From the NCBI GenBank assembly GCA_046726415.1, contig JBKPAK010000008.1, forward strand, positions 32,001 to 96,000: 64,000 nucleotides of DNA. The letters are read 5' to 3'. This stretch comes from Candidatus Methylomirabilota bacterium (GTDB taxonomy: Bacteria; Methylomirabilota; Methylomirabilia; Rokubacteriales; CSP1-6). The position numbers and the translations under genes are program-made. Below, one piece after another: positions 39,951 through 48,967 of the stretch. Positions within the stretch are counted from its first letter, which is position 1. Each line of letters starts with the position of its first letter. The notes under the pieces are model-generated. The model did no database searches. It had not been told where the DNA came from and was given only the letters and a program-made list of their open reading frames with translations.

Positions 39951-40517
39951 ATGGCACGCATCCGAGTGATGAGCCCCGTCGGAGAGGTCACGCAGGAGCG
40001 AATCGCCGTTCCGCCCGTGCCGGAGGACCTGGCGGGCCGGGTCGTCGGCTTCATCGACAACACCAAGCACAACTTCGACCGGTTGGCCGAGGGGCTAGGG
40101 ACGCTCCTGCAGCAGCGCTACGGCGTCCGCGCCGTCGTCCATCGGCGCAAAGCCAATGCGTCCACGCCAGCCGGGCCCGAGCTGATCGCGGAGCTGTCGA
40201 AGGAGTGCGATGTCGTCTTTGCCGGCTCAGGCGACTGAGGGTCGTGCACGTCGTGGAGTCTCCACGACGCCATCGAGGTCGCGAGGATGGGTACGCCCGC
40301 CGGTCTGATCGCAACCACGGCGTTCCAGGGGCTTGCCGTGAGCGAGCTGACCTCGCTGGGCGTGGCGGGACTGCCGCTCCTCGTCGTTCAACATCCACTC
40401 GGCGGGGAGCGCCCCGAATCTGTCGCTCGCCGAGCACAGCAGGCGCTCGAGCAGCTGGCCAGTCTCATCGGGGGACGTCGTGAGCATCGCGGCGGGGGGC
40501 CCGGCGACGGGCGCTGA
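39951..40517 (+). CDS. UGSC-family probable selenoprotein, 188 aa, Sec96 (readthrough of TGA 40236-40238)
   Basis: ORFs 39903-40238 and 40287-40517 are in one frame separated by a single TGA, giving GSGD-U-GSCTSWSLHD; AAGGAG SD before ATG 39951; SECIS-like hairpin follows. Confidence 0.9.
40249..40269 (+). promoter_or_regulatory. Putative bacterial SECIS element
   Basis: CGTCGTGGA-GTC-TCCACGACG, a perfect 9-bp stem; loop G,T at positions 23,24 from the T of TGA. Confidence 0.8.
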
Positions 40518-41535
40518 GAGCGAGCGGTTCATCGAGGTCGACGACGATCCGCAGGCGCTCCTCGCCGCCTTCTGCGAGCGTCGCTGGTGCGATGGACTTC
40601 CCATCGTGGCACCCACCGAGGCGCGCGTCGCCGCCATGCTGGCCGGCCGCACTCCCGATCGCGCGCTGGGAGCCGTGCCTCCGCTCTGGAGGCAGGCCAC
40701 CCTCGAGAAGCTCGCCGTCAACGCGGTCATGGCCGGCTGCGAGCCGGCCTATTTCCCGATCATCGTGGCCGCCGTCGAGGCGATGCTCGATCCCACGTTC
40801 AACCTCTACGGGGTGCAGGCCACGACCCATCCAGTCGCTCCGCTCGTTGTCGTACACGGCGAGTACGGGCGCTCAGTCGGTGTTCACGCCGGAAGTGGCT
40901 GCCTCGGCCCGGGCTTTCGCGCCAACGCCACCCTCGGTCGCGCCATCCGGCTCATCCTGCTGAACATCGGCGGCGCCTGGCCGGGACGGCACGACATGGC
41001 CACGCAGGGCAGCCCGGCCAAGTTTTCCTACTGCGTCGGCGAGAACGTCGAGGCCTCGCCGTGGGGCCCGCTCCACGTCGATGACGCCGTCACCGTGTTC
41101 GGCGGGGAGCCGCCGCACAACGTGAACGACCACGTGTCCACCACCGCGTCCGGCATTCTCACCACGGTGGCGGACACCGCGGTGTCCCTGGGGTCGAACG
41201 TCGGGTGGTTCATGGCCCAGAGTCAGCTCATGCTGATCCTCGGCCCCGAGCACGCGGCGACCATCGCCAGCGATGGTCTCTCTCGGCGCGACGTCCAGCA
41301 GTTCATCTTCGAGCACGCGCGGCTGCCCCTGCGCGTGCTCAAGCTCAGCGGCATGTGGGGGATGCACGATTGGCCGGCGTGGATGCTGGCCACGCGAGAC
41401 GACGACGCCCTCATGCCGCGGGTGCTGTCCGCCGACGAGGTGTTCGTGGTGGTCGCCGGAGGGCCGGGCAAGCACTCAGCCGTGGTGCCGAACTGCACCT
41501 TCAGCCGCGCGGTCACGCGCCCTATCCACCCCTGA
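40480..41535 (+). CDS. Conserved hypothetical protein, partner of the UGSC protein
   Basis: 351-aa ORF with genome-typical codon use and enzyme-like motifs (DGLPIVAPT, ATLEKLAVNAVMAGC, GVQATT, RANATLGRA, VAGGPGKHS); overlaps the UGSC gene by 38 nt. Confidence 0.85.
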   Translation: MSIAAGGPATGAESERFIEVDDDPQALLAAFCERRWCDGLPIVAPTEARVAAMLAGRTPDRALGAVPPLWRQATLEKLAVNAVMAGCEPAYFPIIVAAVEAMLDPTFNLYGVQATTHPVAPLVVVHGEYGRSVGVHAGSGCLGPGFRANATLGRAIRLILLNIGGAWPGRHDMATQGSPAKFSYCVGENVEASPWGPLHVDDAVTVFGGEPPHNVNDHVSTTASGILTTVADTAVSLGSNVGWFMAQSQLMLILGPEHAATIASDGLSRRDVQQFIFEHARLPLRVLKLSGMWGMHDWPAWMLATRDDDALMPRVLSADEVFVVVAGGPGKHSAVVPNCTFSRAVTRPIHP

Positions 41536-41565
41536 CGTCCACTCCATTGACATGGAGGCTCGGCC

Positions 41566-42468
41566 ATGAAGATCGCGTTCTTGGGCACCGGCACCATGGG
41601 TCGGCCGATGCTGGCCAATCTCGTGAAGAAGGGTCACGCGGTGCTCGCCCACGATATCGTTCCCGAGGCGCTCAGCGCCGCGGTGAAGCTCGGAGCCACC
41701 GCGGCGGGCTCGGCCGCGGAGGCCACCGTCCAGGCCGAGGTTGTCATCGCCATGCTGCCTTCGTCTTCGCACGTGGTCACCGCTTTCCTCGGCGACGGCG
41801 GCGTGCTCGCGGCGGTGCGCTCCGGTCAGCTCTGCATCGACATGTCGACCATCGATCCCAGCACCTCACGGATGGTGGCCGAGAAGGTCCGCGAGCGCGG
41901 TGCTCGCTTCATCGACGCGCCCGTCTCGGGTGGGGTCCCGCGCGCCGAGGATGGCACGCTGGCCATCATGGTGGGCGGCGACGTGAAAGATGTGGAGGGC
42001 GCGCGGCCCATCCTCGGCTGCATGGGGGCGAGCATCTTCCACGTCGGCCCGGTGGGCAGCGGTGAGGTGGCCAAGCTGTGTAACAACCTGATCGCCGGCG
42101 TGGCCGCGGTGGCGGTGAGCGAGGCGTTTCGCATCGCGGAGGGCTTCGGTGTCGATGCCAAGATCCTCACGGACGTCATCGCAAAATCGTCGGGGAACAC
42201 CTGGGTGATGGAGGCGATGCATCCGGTGCCGGGTCTCGTGGCGAAATCCGCATCGACTCGCGACTACGCCCCCGGCTTCATGACCGACCTCATGGCCAAG
42301 GATCTCGGCCTCGCCGTCAACGCCGCTCGCGAGCTGCGCGTGCCCGTCATGGTCGCTCCCGCCGCGCAACAAGCTCTGCGGTTGGCGTCCTCTCACGGCT
42401 GGGGTCGGAAGGACTTCACGTCGATCTACCAGTTCCTGAAGCCCTCGAGCGACCAGGCGCCTGTTTGA
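41566..42468 (+). CDS. mmsB: 3-hydroxyisobutyrate dehydrogenase
   Basis: FLGTGTMG, DAPVSGG, AKLCNN, HPVPG...DYAPGFMTDLMAKDLGLA. Confidence 0.85.
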   Translation: MKIAFLGTGTMGRPMLANLVKKGHAVLAHDIVPEALSAAVKLGATAAGSAAEATVQAEVVIAMLPSSSHVVTAFLGDGGVLAAVRSGQLCIDMSTIDPSTSRMVAEKVRERGARFIDAPVSGGVPRAEDGTLAIMVGGDVKDVEGARPILGCMGASIFHVGPVGSGEVAKLCNNLIAGVAAVAVSEAFRIAEGFGVDAKILTDVIAKSSGNTWVMEAMHPVPGLVAKSASTRDYAPGFMTDLMAKDLGLAVNAARELRVPVMVAPAAQQALRLASSHGWGRKDFTSIYQFLKPSSDQAPV

Positions 42469-42469
42469 G

Positions 42470-42636
42470 ATGGGGGGCCTCGAGCGGGCCCCCCAAACCC
42501 CCCGGCGCTCGTCGCGCCCCGGCGAAGCCGGGGCGCTCCTCCAAACCCCTGGGCGCCCGGCGCGCCCCGGCGAAGCCGGGACGCTCCTCGAAGTCAGCGC
42601 TCGGCGCGCCCCGGCGAAGCCGGGGCGCTCCTCGAA
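42470..42636. repeat. REP-like cluster: one GGGGGGCC...GGCCCCCC hairpin plus three copies of GCGCCCCGGC-GAA-GCCGGGGCGC-TCCTC
   Basis: Copies at 42514-42536, 42562-42584 (one mismatch) and 42606-42628. Confidence 0.9.
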
Positions 42637-42775
42637 GCGCGCGGCGGTTGGCGGGTGTGACATCGAGCCTCGAGCTGCCTCGAAACAGCCGGTGAGTTCC
42701 CGCGAGCTGATGACGTGTCGCGATCTTCTCCGGCGTGATTTCGTCCGTGGGCGCGCGGGAGGCTTGAGACCTGCG

Positions 42776-42784
42776 TGCTATACT
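42776..42784 (+). promoter_or_regulatory. Extended -10 promoter (TGnTATACT) for the GYD-AOR operon
   Basis: TGCTATACT about 45 nt upstream of AAGGAGG/GTG 42830. Confidence 0.5.
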
Positions 42785-42829
42785 GGCGAGCGTTTCGCCA
42801 GGTGAGTAGCGTTCCAAGGAGGCTTTGCG

Positions 42830-43153
42830 GTGAGTCTGTACGTGATGCTGAGTACTCTCTCGGAGTCGGGGCGCAAGGTTCTCCGGGAGCGCCCCGGCTG
42901 GATCCGCAAGGTCAATGCGGACGTCGAGCGCATGGGCGCCCGCGTGATCTCGCAGTACGCCGTGCTCGGCCCTTACGACTTCGTGACCGTCGTGGAGGCC
43001 CCCGACAACCCCACGATCTCTCGGATCTCCGTCGAGTTGGGGGCGCGCGGATCGGTACAGATGATGACCATGGCCGCCATTCCCCTCGACGAGTTCATCG
43101 GCCGCCTCGAGGGGCGAGGCAGTGCGGCCGGCAACGCTCGAAAGAAACGGTGA
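42830..43153 (+). CDS. GYD domain protein
   Basis: YAVLGPYDFVTVVEAPD, ELGARGSV..TM.A; AAGGAGG SD. Confidence 0.85.
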   Translation: MSLYVMLSTLSESGRKVLRERPGWIRKVNADVERMGARVISQYAVLGPYDFVTVVEAPDNPTISRISVELGARGSVQMMTMAAIPLDEFIGRLEGRGSAAGNARKKR

Positions 43154-43155
43154 GC

Positions 43156-43653
43156 ATGACGACCCTGGCTGTGCCTGCCATGCGAGTCCTGAAGATCATC
43201 CCCGAGCGGTGCACGGGCTGTCTGCGCTGCGAGCTAGCCTGCTCCTACATGCAGACTGGAGAGTACCAGCCGGCCAAGTCGGTGATCAGGGTGTCGCCCT
43301 TCGAGGGGCATACGTCCTACGCGCCGTACACGTGCACGCAGTGCGCTGAGGGCTGGTGCATGACGGCGTGTCCGGTGGGGGCCATCACCATCAACGCGGC
43401 CGGCGCCAAGGACGTGGTCGACGACATCTGCGTGGGCTGCAAGCTCTGCACGATCGCCTGCCCCTACGGGACGATGTTCTACGACACCGACACTCGTAAG
43501 GCCTTCAAGTGCAACCTGTGCAACGGCGCTCCCGCGTGCGCCGAGGCCTGTCCCACGGCGGCCATTCTCTACGAGGAGGTGGCGAACCAGGACTGGCTGG
43601 GGGATTTCGCGCGAGAGCGGTTCGAGCATGCGCTGACCCTGGAGGCCCGGTGA
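43156..43653 (+). CDS. Multi-[4Fe-4S] ferredoxin-like subunit (AorA-like)
   Basis: CTGCLRCELAC, CTQC....CMTACP, CVGCKLCTIACP, CNLC..PACAEACP. Confidence 0.92.
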   Translation: MTTLAVPAMRVLKIIPERCTGCLRCELACSYMQTGEYQPAKSVIRVSPFEGHTSYAPYTCTQCAEGWCMTACPVGAITINAAGAKDVVDDICVGCKLCTIACPYGTMFYDTDTRKAFKCNLCNGAPACAEACPTAAILYEEVANQDWLGDFARERFEHALTLEAR

Positions 43654-44975
43654 TGGTCCGCCATCTGATCATCGGGGGCGGCACCGTCGGCATGAACGCC
43701 ATGCGCACCATTCGGGAAGAGGAACCCGAGCGCTCGGACATCACCCTGGTCAGCGCCGAGAAGCCGTACTCGCGCATGGTGCTGCCGTACTATCTCGATC
43801 GCTCCATCGCGGAATCGCACGTGTACACGGCCACCGCGAAGGTCCTGGCCGGCTGGGGTGTCAAGACGCACGTCGGGCGCCGGGCCAGCGCTCTCGACAC
43901 CACGGCCAACGTCTGCACCCTCGACGACGGCACCCGGATCGAGTACGACGACTGCCTGGTCGCCACCGGATCCTCGGCGGTGCGAGCGCCGGTGCCGGGC
44001 GCGGATGGTCGGGGTGTGCACTCCTTCTGGACCCTCGACCAGGCCAAGGGGGTGTTGGCCGAGATCGGGCCGGGGAGCCACGTGGTGATGGTGGGGGCTG
44101 GCTTCATCTCGTTCACCATCCTGAATTCGATCCTCGCCCTCGGCGCCACGCTCACCATCGTCGAGATCGCGCCGCGGATCCTGCCGCGCATGGTGGATGC
44201 GGCAGGCGCGGAGCTGGTGGAGACGTGGCTGATCAAGAACGGGGTCAGCGTGCGGGCGGGCGCCGTGCTCAAAGCCATCGAGGACGCCAAGGCCAAAAAG
44301 CGGCTCCGCTTCGAGCAGGGTCCCGATCTTCTGGCCGACGTCGTGGTCATGGCCACCGGCATCAGGACCAATCTCGAGTGGCTGAAGGGATCCGGCGTCG
44401 CGATCGAGCAGGGCGTCGTCGTCGACGACCATCTCCGATCCAGTGTTCCGAATGTCTATGCCGGGGGCGATGTGGCCGAGGGGCGTGACCTCGTGACCGG
44501 CCGTCCCGCCGTGCACGCCATCGAGCCAACGGCGCAGGAGCACGGGCGCGTGGCCGGCGCCAACATGGCGGGCCAGAGCATCGCGTACAGGGGCAGCTTG
44601 CTCATGAATATCGTGGAAGTCTGTCATCTGGACATCGCCTCGTTCGGCGCCTGGGATGACGGCGAGGCCGAGGTGTTGACTGGGCTTCGATCGGACCGTC
44701 CGGCGTATCGCAAGCTCGTGTGGCGCGGCGACCGCTTGATCGGCGCCATCATCCTCGGGCCCTCGAGCGACATCTGGACCTCCAACGACATCGGAATGCT
44801 GAAGGGACTCGTGCAATCGGGATCCCCGATCGGGCGGTTCAAGGCTCACCTGGCTCGGAATCCCTTCGACATCAAGCCGGCGTACATTGCCTCGAGGACC
44901 ACTGCCATGCTGCTCCCCGAAACCGTGCTCGGGCGGCCGGCGAAGGCGCCCGCAGACACTCCGGTGGCCGTATGA
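43653..44975 (+). CDS. FAD/NAD-dependent oxidoreductase subunit (AorC/NirB-like)
   Basis: IIGGGTVG, PYSRMVL, VATGS, VGAGFI, VYAGGDVAE. Confidence 0.88.
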   Translation: MVRHLIIGGGTVGMNAMRTIREEEPERSDITLVSAEKPYSRMVLPYYLDRSIAESHVYTATAKVLAGWGVKTHVGRRASALDTTANVCTLDDGTRIEYDDCLVATGSSAVRAPVPGADGRGVHSFWTLDQAKGVLAEIGPGSHVVMVGAGFISFTILNSILALGATLTIVEIAPRILPRMVDAAGAELVETWLIKNGVSVRAGAVLKAIEDAKAKKRLRFEQGPDLLADVVVMATGIRTNLEWLKGSGVAIEQGVVVDDHLRSSVPNVYAGGDVAEGRDLVTGRPAVHAIEPTAQEHGRVAGANMAGQSIAYRGSLLMNIVEVCHLDIASFGAWDDGEAEVLTGLRSDRPAYRKLVWRGDRLIGAIILGPSSDIWTSNDIGMLKGLVQSGSPIGRFKAHLARNPFDIKPAYIASRTTAMLLPETVLGRPAKAPADTPVAV

Positions 44976-46945
44976 GTCCCACGACACGGACCGCGCGCGC
45001 GACGGCGAAGAAGCCCACGAGAACCAAGGCGGCGCCAGGCAAGGCGGCGAGGCCGCGGCCTGTCCTGCCCGGCGGCTACGCCGGGAAGATTCTCCGAGTC
45101 GACCTGGCATCCGGGCGCTGCTGGGCGGAGCCGTGGGGCCCGGCCGAGATGCGGGAACAGATCGGGGGGATCGGCCTGGGCGCCATGATCCTGTACCGCG
45201 AGACGGCCGCCAAGAATGGCAAGGGCAACGTGAGCTGGGACCATCCCGACAACCGATTGGTGCTCGCCACCGGCCCGCTGGCCGGGCTGCCCGTGTGGGG
45301 CACAGGCGGGCTCACCGTGGTCACCATCGGCGCCGGCACCAATGGGCCGACGTCGACGCAGGCCAACGGCTTCTTCGGCACGAACATCAAGTATTGCGGG
45401 TACGACGCCATCGTCTTCCAGGGTCAATCCGAGAAGTGGGTGTACCTCTACGTCCACGACGACGTGATCGAGCTGCGCGACGCGAGCGACCTGGTCGGGC
45501 TCGATACCTGGGAGACCCAGTACCGCCTCTCTCGGCTGCACGGGCTCTCGGGTCACCAGCTCTCGGTGTACTCGATCGGGCCGGCCGGCGAGAACCTCGC
45601 CCGCTTCGCGGCCATCCAGGGGGACTTCGGCCATGTCGCCTCCAAGAATGGCGTGGGCGCGGTCATGGGCAAGAAGAAGGTCAAGGCGGTCGCCATCGCC
45701 AAGGGCACCAAAAGCCTCCGCGCGGCCGATCCCAAGGGGGTCATCCAAGCGGCTGACGACATCGCCCACGACCTCCAGACGGACCCCTCGGCGCGCTCGC
45801 TGTACGAATACGGCACGCTGCCCGGCGTCTCGAACCTCTCCAAGATGGGCGCGCTGCCCGTCAAGAACTACACGACGAATCTCACCCTCGGGGTCGACAT
45901 GAGCGAGTGGGACGCCGCCAAGCTCCGCGAGGGCTTCGACCACCGCGGGCACCAGTGCAACGCCTGCGGCATGCACCACTGCCACATGTCGGTGATCCGG
46001 AGCGGCGAGAACAAGGGCAAGATCGTCGACGAGCCGGAGTACGAGGGTTGGTCGGGCGCGGGCTGGACCATCGGGCTCACCGATCGCGATTCGATCGCGT
46101 GGCTCAACACCGAACTGGACAAGGCCTGCCTGGACGTCAACGAGTTCGGGTGGGTGTGCGGCTGGGTGATGGAGTGCCAGGAGAAGGGCTACATCACCAA
46201 GGAGCAGCTGGGCTTCGAGCTGCCCTGGGGCGATGTCAAGGGCGCGGCCCGCTTGATCCAGATGATCTCGAAACGCGAGGGGCTCGGCGATCTCCTCGCC
46301 GAGGGTGTCAAGCGCGCCGCGGAGTCGCTCGGCAGTCCCGCCAAGGACTGTGCGATCTACATCGAGCGGGGGGCCGCGCCACGCGGCCACGACCACCGCG
46401 CCCGGTGGGAGGAGATGCTCGATACCTGCACCTCTGGCACCGCCACCATGGAAACCGGCAATCCCGTCCATCCCACGGAGCTCGGCCAGCCCGCTCGCAT
46501 CAATCCCTTCGACGGCGAGCAGGTGGCGAAGTACGTGGCGAATCTGCGCGGGCGGCGGAACTTCGAGGACTCGCTGGGGATCTGCATCTTCACCATCCGC
46601 ACGCGGCTCGAGAACGTCTGCCGAGCCCTCAGCGCCGCCACCGGGTGGAACTACACCGTCGAAGAAGCCATCCGCTTCGGCCGGCGCACCGCCGCCATCA
46701 ACCGCACGGTGCTCCTGCGCTGCGGAATCACCCCGGCATCCGAGTACCCCTCGGCACGCTACGGCTCCACGCCCGTCGACGGGCCCGCCCAGGGGCAAGC
46801 CATCCGCGATCAGTGGGAGAAAATGCTGGACACCTGGTACGAGGTCGTTGGCTATGATCGCAAGACCGGCAAGCCACTGCCGGCGACCCTGAAGGATCTC
46901 GGGCTCGACTGGCTCGTCGCCGAGCATTGGGGGAAGAGGGCCTAA
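44972..46945 (+). CDS. Aldehyde:ferredoxin oxidoreductase family tungstoenzyme
   Basis: GYAGKILRVDL, SIGPAGEN, GVGAVMGKK, CNACGMHHC, EPEYE, GDLLAEGV, DSLGIC. Confidence 0.92.
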   Translation: MSPTTRTARATAKKPTRTKAAPGKAARPRPVLPGGYAGKILRVDLASGRCWAEPWGPAEMREQIGGIGLGAMILYRETAAKNGKGNVSWDHPDNRLVLATGPLAGLPVWGTGGLTVVTIGAGTNGPTSTQANGFFGTNIKYCGYDAIVFQGQSEKWVYLYVHDDVIELRDASDLVGLDTWETQYRLSRLHGLSGHQLSVYSIGPAGENLARFAAIQGDFGHVASKNGVGAVMGKKKVKAVAIAKGTKSLRAADPKGVIQAADDIAHDLQTDPSARSLYEYGTLPGVSNLSKMGALPVKNYTTNLTLGVDMSEWDAAKLREGFDHRGHQCNACGMHHCHMSVIRSGENKGKIVDEPEYEGWSGAGWTIGLTDRDSIAWLNTELDKACLDVNEFGWVCGWVMECQEKGYITKEQLGFELPWGDVKGAARLIQMISKREGLGDLLAEGVKRAAESLGSPAKDCAIYIERGAAPRGHDHRARWEEMLDTCTSGTATMETGNPVHPTELGQPARINPFDGEQVAKYVANLRGRRNFEDSLGICIFTIRTRLENVCRALSAATGWNYTVEEAIRFGRRTAAINRTVLLRCGITPASEYPSARYGSTPVDGPAQGQAIRDQWEKMLDTWYEVVGYDRKTGKPLPATLKDLGLDWLVAEHWGKRA

Positions 46946-47042
46946 AGCCGCCCACCCACCGGGGCGCGAATCCCGCTTGACCCTCCGCTCAGCGGTGTGA
47001 TAAGTGTCTGCCGCGCCTCACAGTCACACACCCGGGGGGAGT

Positions 47043-47927
47043 ATGCCGCAAACAATTGGATTCATTGGCCTTGGCATCATGGGTCGCCCTATGGCCAAAA
47101 ACCTCCTCAAGGCTGGCTTTCCGCTGATCGTCCATAGCCGGAGCCGGGGACCCGTCGATGAACTGGTCGAGGCGGGCGCCAAGGCTGCGCAGGCCCCGCG
47201 GGAAGTGGCCGGCCAGTGCGATGTCCTCATCACTATGCTCCCGAACTCACCGGATGTGGAACTGGTCGCCCTCGGCAAGGACGGCATCATCGAGGGCGCC
47301 CGGTCTGGCCTGATTTTCATCGACATGTCCACGATCTCGCCCATCGTGTCGCAGAAGGTGGGCGCGGCGCTCGGGGCCAAGGGCGTTCGGATGCTGGACG
47401 CGCCGGTCTCCGGAGGCGAGAAGGGCGCGATCGAGGGGGCGCTCTCCATCATGGTGGGAGGCGACCAGGCGGTCTTCGACGCGGTGCTGCCCATCCTCAA
47501 GGCGATGGGGAAGACCATCACCCTGCTCGGTCCGCTCGGCTTCGGCGGATTCACCAAACTGGCCAACCAGATCATCGTGGCCATGAACCTCACGGCCCTG
47601 GGCGAGGCGCTGACCTTGGCCCGCAAGGCGGGACTTGATCGAGAGCTCACCCTCAAGGCGCTGGCCGGTGGGCTGGCCGGGTCGCGATGTCTCGACCAGA
47701 AGGCCGCCAACTACATCGCGGGGACCTACAATCCCGGCTTCAAGATCGATCTGCACTTCAAGGATCTCGGACTCATCATGGAGTCGGCCCGCGCCCTGGG
47801 GGTGCCGCTTCCCGCGACCGCCGTGGTGCAGGAGCTGTTCAACGCGCTGCGAGTCAAGGGGCGGGGTGGTCTCGACCATTCCGGCGTGATCACCCTCCTG
47901 GAAGATCTCGCGGGCCTGTCCGCGTGA
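47043..47927 (+). CDS. glxR: 2-hydroxy-3-oxopropionate (tartronate semialdehyde) reductase
   Basis: IGFIGLGIMGRPMAKNL, ITMLPNSPDV, KLANQIIVA, PGFKIDLHFKDL, LDHSG. Confidence 0.85.
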   Translation: MPQTIGFIGLGIMGRPMAKNLLKAGFPLIVHSRSRGPVDELVEAGAKAAQAPREVAGQCDVLITMLPNSPDVELVALGKDGIIEGARSGLIFIDMSTISPIVSQKVGAALGAKGVRMLDAPVSGGEKGAIEGALSIMVGGDQAVFDAVLPILKAMGKTITLLGPLGFGGFTKLANQIIVAMNLTALGEALTLARKAGLDRELTLKALAGGLAGSRCLDQKAANYIAGTYNPGFKIDLHFKDLGLIMESARALGVPLPATAVVQELFNALRVKGRGGLDHSGVITLLEDLAGLSA

Positions 47928-48967
47928 GGGCGACGGTCGACAGGCCAGGCCTCGACTCGCACGGCCGCTCCTCCAGGGTTCAAGTGCGCAGGATCCGCAA
48001 GGGAGATCTCTCGCGGACCCGCGACGTCCTCGAGCAGACATTCGCCGACTTCTTCGAGCGGCAACTCGGCACCCGCCCGCGCCAGGCGTTTGGCGGGGCG
48101 CAGTACGTCCACCATCGGTGGCTCATGGAGCCCTGGGGTTGCTTCGTGGCCGAGGAGGATGGCGGTCGCATCCTCGGCGTGGCCCTCGCTGTCACGTGGG
48201 GCACCGTGGGGCTGATCGGTCCTATCGCGGTCCTGAGCAATCACCAGAACCAAGGGATCGGAGGGCAGCTCATCGATGCGGTCGAAGGGTTCTTCCGGGA
48301 GAACAAGACCGCGCTCCAGGGCCTGGTGACCTATCCGACGAGCCCGAAGCATCTCGCCCTCTGCCACAAGTTCGGCTACAAACCGAAGTCCCTCATGGCG
48401 GTCATGAGCCGGACCGTCGATCGCGATCCCGCGCGGCCGCCCGTGGCCACCAAGCCGGCTCGCCCTCAGCTCACCGCGCGAAAATTCTCCACCCTCGAGG
48501 AGGCTCGCAAGAAGACGGCGCTGGCGCGGGTCAACCGCATCGCCGGTGGCATCTGCCGCGGCATGGATCTGTCCAAAGAGGTGGAGATCGTGGACGGGCT
48601 GGCCCTCGGCGACACGCTGCTCCTGGAACGCGAGCGCGATATCGTGGGCTTCGCCGTCTACCACGTGCCCGGCGTCAGCGAGGCACCGGGCGGCGCTCTC
48701 TACGTGAAGTTTCTGGCCATCGACCCGCCCGGGCGCCGCCCCGAGCACCCCGAGCAGCTCGAGCTGTTCGTGACCGCGCTGGAAGAGGTGGCGCTGGAAT
48801 TGGGACTCGCGCGGGTCATTCTTCCCGTCTATCTCGCGTACTGGCTTGCCTATAGTACGCTGGTGAGGTGCGGCTACCACGTCGACTTCACTATGCTGCG
48901 GATGCAGAAAGGCAAAAGCGAGGGGTACGAGGACGAGGCGCATCTCGTCCTCGACGACTGGCGCTGA
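47924..48967 (+). CDS. Tandem GNAT family N-acetyltransferase
   Basis: IGPIAVLSNHQNQGIGGQL acetyl-CoA motif; ends in DDWR; GTGA overlap with glxR. Confidence 0.8.
   Translation: MRATVDRPGLDSHGRSSRVQVRRIRKGDLSRTRDVLEQTFADFFERQLGTRPRQAFGGAQYVHHRWLMEPWGCFVAEEDGGRILGVALAVTWGTVGLIGPIAVLSNHQNQGIGGQLIDAVEGFFRENKTALQGLVTYPTSPKHLALCHKFGYKPKSLMAVMSRTVDRDPARPPVATKPARPQLTARKFSTLEEARKKTALARVNRIAGGICRGMDLSKEVEIVDGLALGDTLLLERERDIVGFAVYHVPGVSEAPGGALYVKFLAIDPPGRRPEHPEQLELFVTALEEVALELGLARVILPVYLAYWLAYSTLVRCGYHVDFTMLRMQKGKSEGYEDEAHLVLDDWR

Noticed and set aside
22427-40260. Shared 10-mer TCGTGGAGTC in both SECIS regions as a recognition sequence
   Set aside because: It sits at different offsets from the TGA (21 versus 16) and in different parts of the hairpins, so coincidence cannot be excluded
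42470-42636. Possible mini CRISPR array
   Set aside because: Only three units; the intervening 21-25 nt segments resemble each other; the repeats are full GC palindromes; no cas genes or AT-rich leader in the window
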